A stretch of DNA of 64,000 nucleotides, from the NCBI GenBank assembly GCA_977017645.1, contig OZ360232.1:20832001-20896000 (forward strand), read 5' to 3'. Below are positions 63,359 to 64,000 of the stretch, piece by piece. Origin of the DNA: Torpedo marmorata. Taxonomy: Eukaryota. The number at the start of each line of letters is the position of its first letter. The stretch's first letter is position 1. Below the pieces are notes generated by a model. It was not told where the DNA came from and made no database searches. It saw nothing but the letters and a program-made list of their open reading frames with translations. The position numbers and the translations under genes were made by a program.

Positions 63359-64000
63359 TTTTTTATTTTTTTTTTTATTTTATTTAAATTTTAAAATCAC
63401 AAAATACATAGATCAAAAATAATATATCATTCCAAATACATGTGATATATTTCCTCCCTCCCTCCCACCCTCCCCTCCCCAACCCCCCCCTACCACTATT
63501 CTAAAGAAAAAAAAAGAATAAAAAGAAAAAAGTTGAATAATAAAGAATTAAAGTGAGGAGAAAACAAACTACAAAGTAATTCTATTTATATATTGGAGGT
63601 TGATTTCGCCAGCGGAGCCGACTTCCAGAGAATTAATTCATACCCATAGCTCTCATATATGGGCTCCAAGTTTTCAAAAAGAAATGATATTTATTACGTA
63701 AATTGTACGTAATCTTTTCTAATGGTATACATGAACGTAATTCTGCATGCAATCTATCTAAATTCAAATCTAAATCTGATTTCCAAGTAATAGCAATACA
63801 TTTTTTTGAAACCGCTAAAACAATTCGTAAAAATTCTATTTGATACATATTTAATCTATTTCTAATACTAAATTTTTTAATATCTCCAAATAAAAATAAC
63901 ATAGGATCCATTGGAAATATAATATTAAAAATTCTATCTAAAAATTTTTAACTTTAGACCAAAAGTCCTTAATTTTAGGACATAACCATGTTGAATGAAC
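63359..64000 (-). mobile_element. L1 3' portion (subfamily B), runs off the window end
   Basis: ORF 63633-63911 is nearly identical to the C-terminus of 1706-3094; same 3' UTR. Confidence 0.93.

Overview
This is vertebrate genomic DNA, not prokaryotic. The repeat content (CR1, Rex1/Babar, L1, Penelope-like elements, V-SINE/Deu-type SINEs) points to a cartilaginous fish, probably a ray or shark (inference). The only host gene is the 3' half of a GABA-A receptor gamma-2 subunit gene (gabrg2) on the + strand. Its exons are 11931-12083, 29138-29343, the 24-nt gamma-2L microexon at 30199-30222, and the terminal exon 39841-40116. Over half of the window is layered retroelement insertions. These include a full-length but disrupted L1 and several truncated L1s, several CR1s (one near full-length with a tandem-monomer 5' UTR), several Rex1 copies, a Gypsy LTR element with apparently identical 244-bp LTRs, a 1.1-kb solo LTR, SINEs, Penelope remnants and two MITEs. 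Five observations stand out. (1) The Gypsy element has no tRNA primer-binding site; a 14-nt exact complement of its own LTR poly(A)-signal region sits there instead. (2) One 15-bp target site occurs three times because two L1s inserted there in opposite orientation. (3) The gamma-2L microexon is conserved, with a candidate distal Nova YCAY enhancer. (4) There are two copies of a ~760-bp GC-rich non-coding retroposon with a Rex1-like tail. (5) Penelope-type termini carry hammerhead-like motifs. Boundaries of degraded repeats are approximate and were read by eye.
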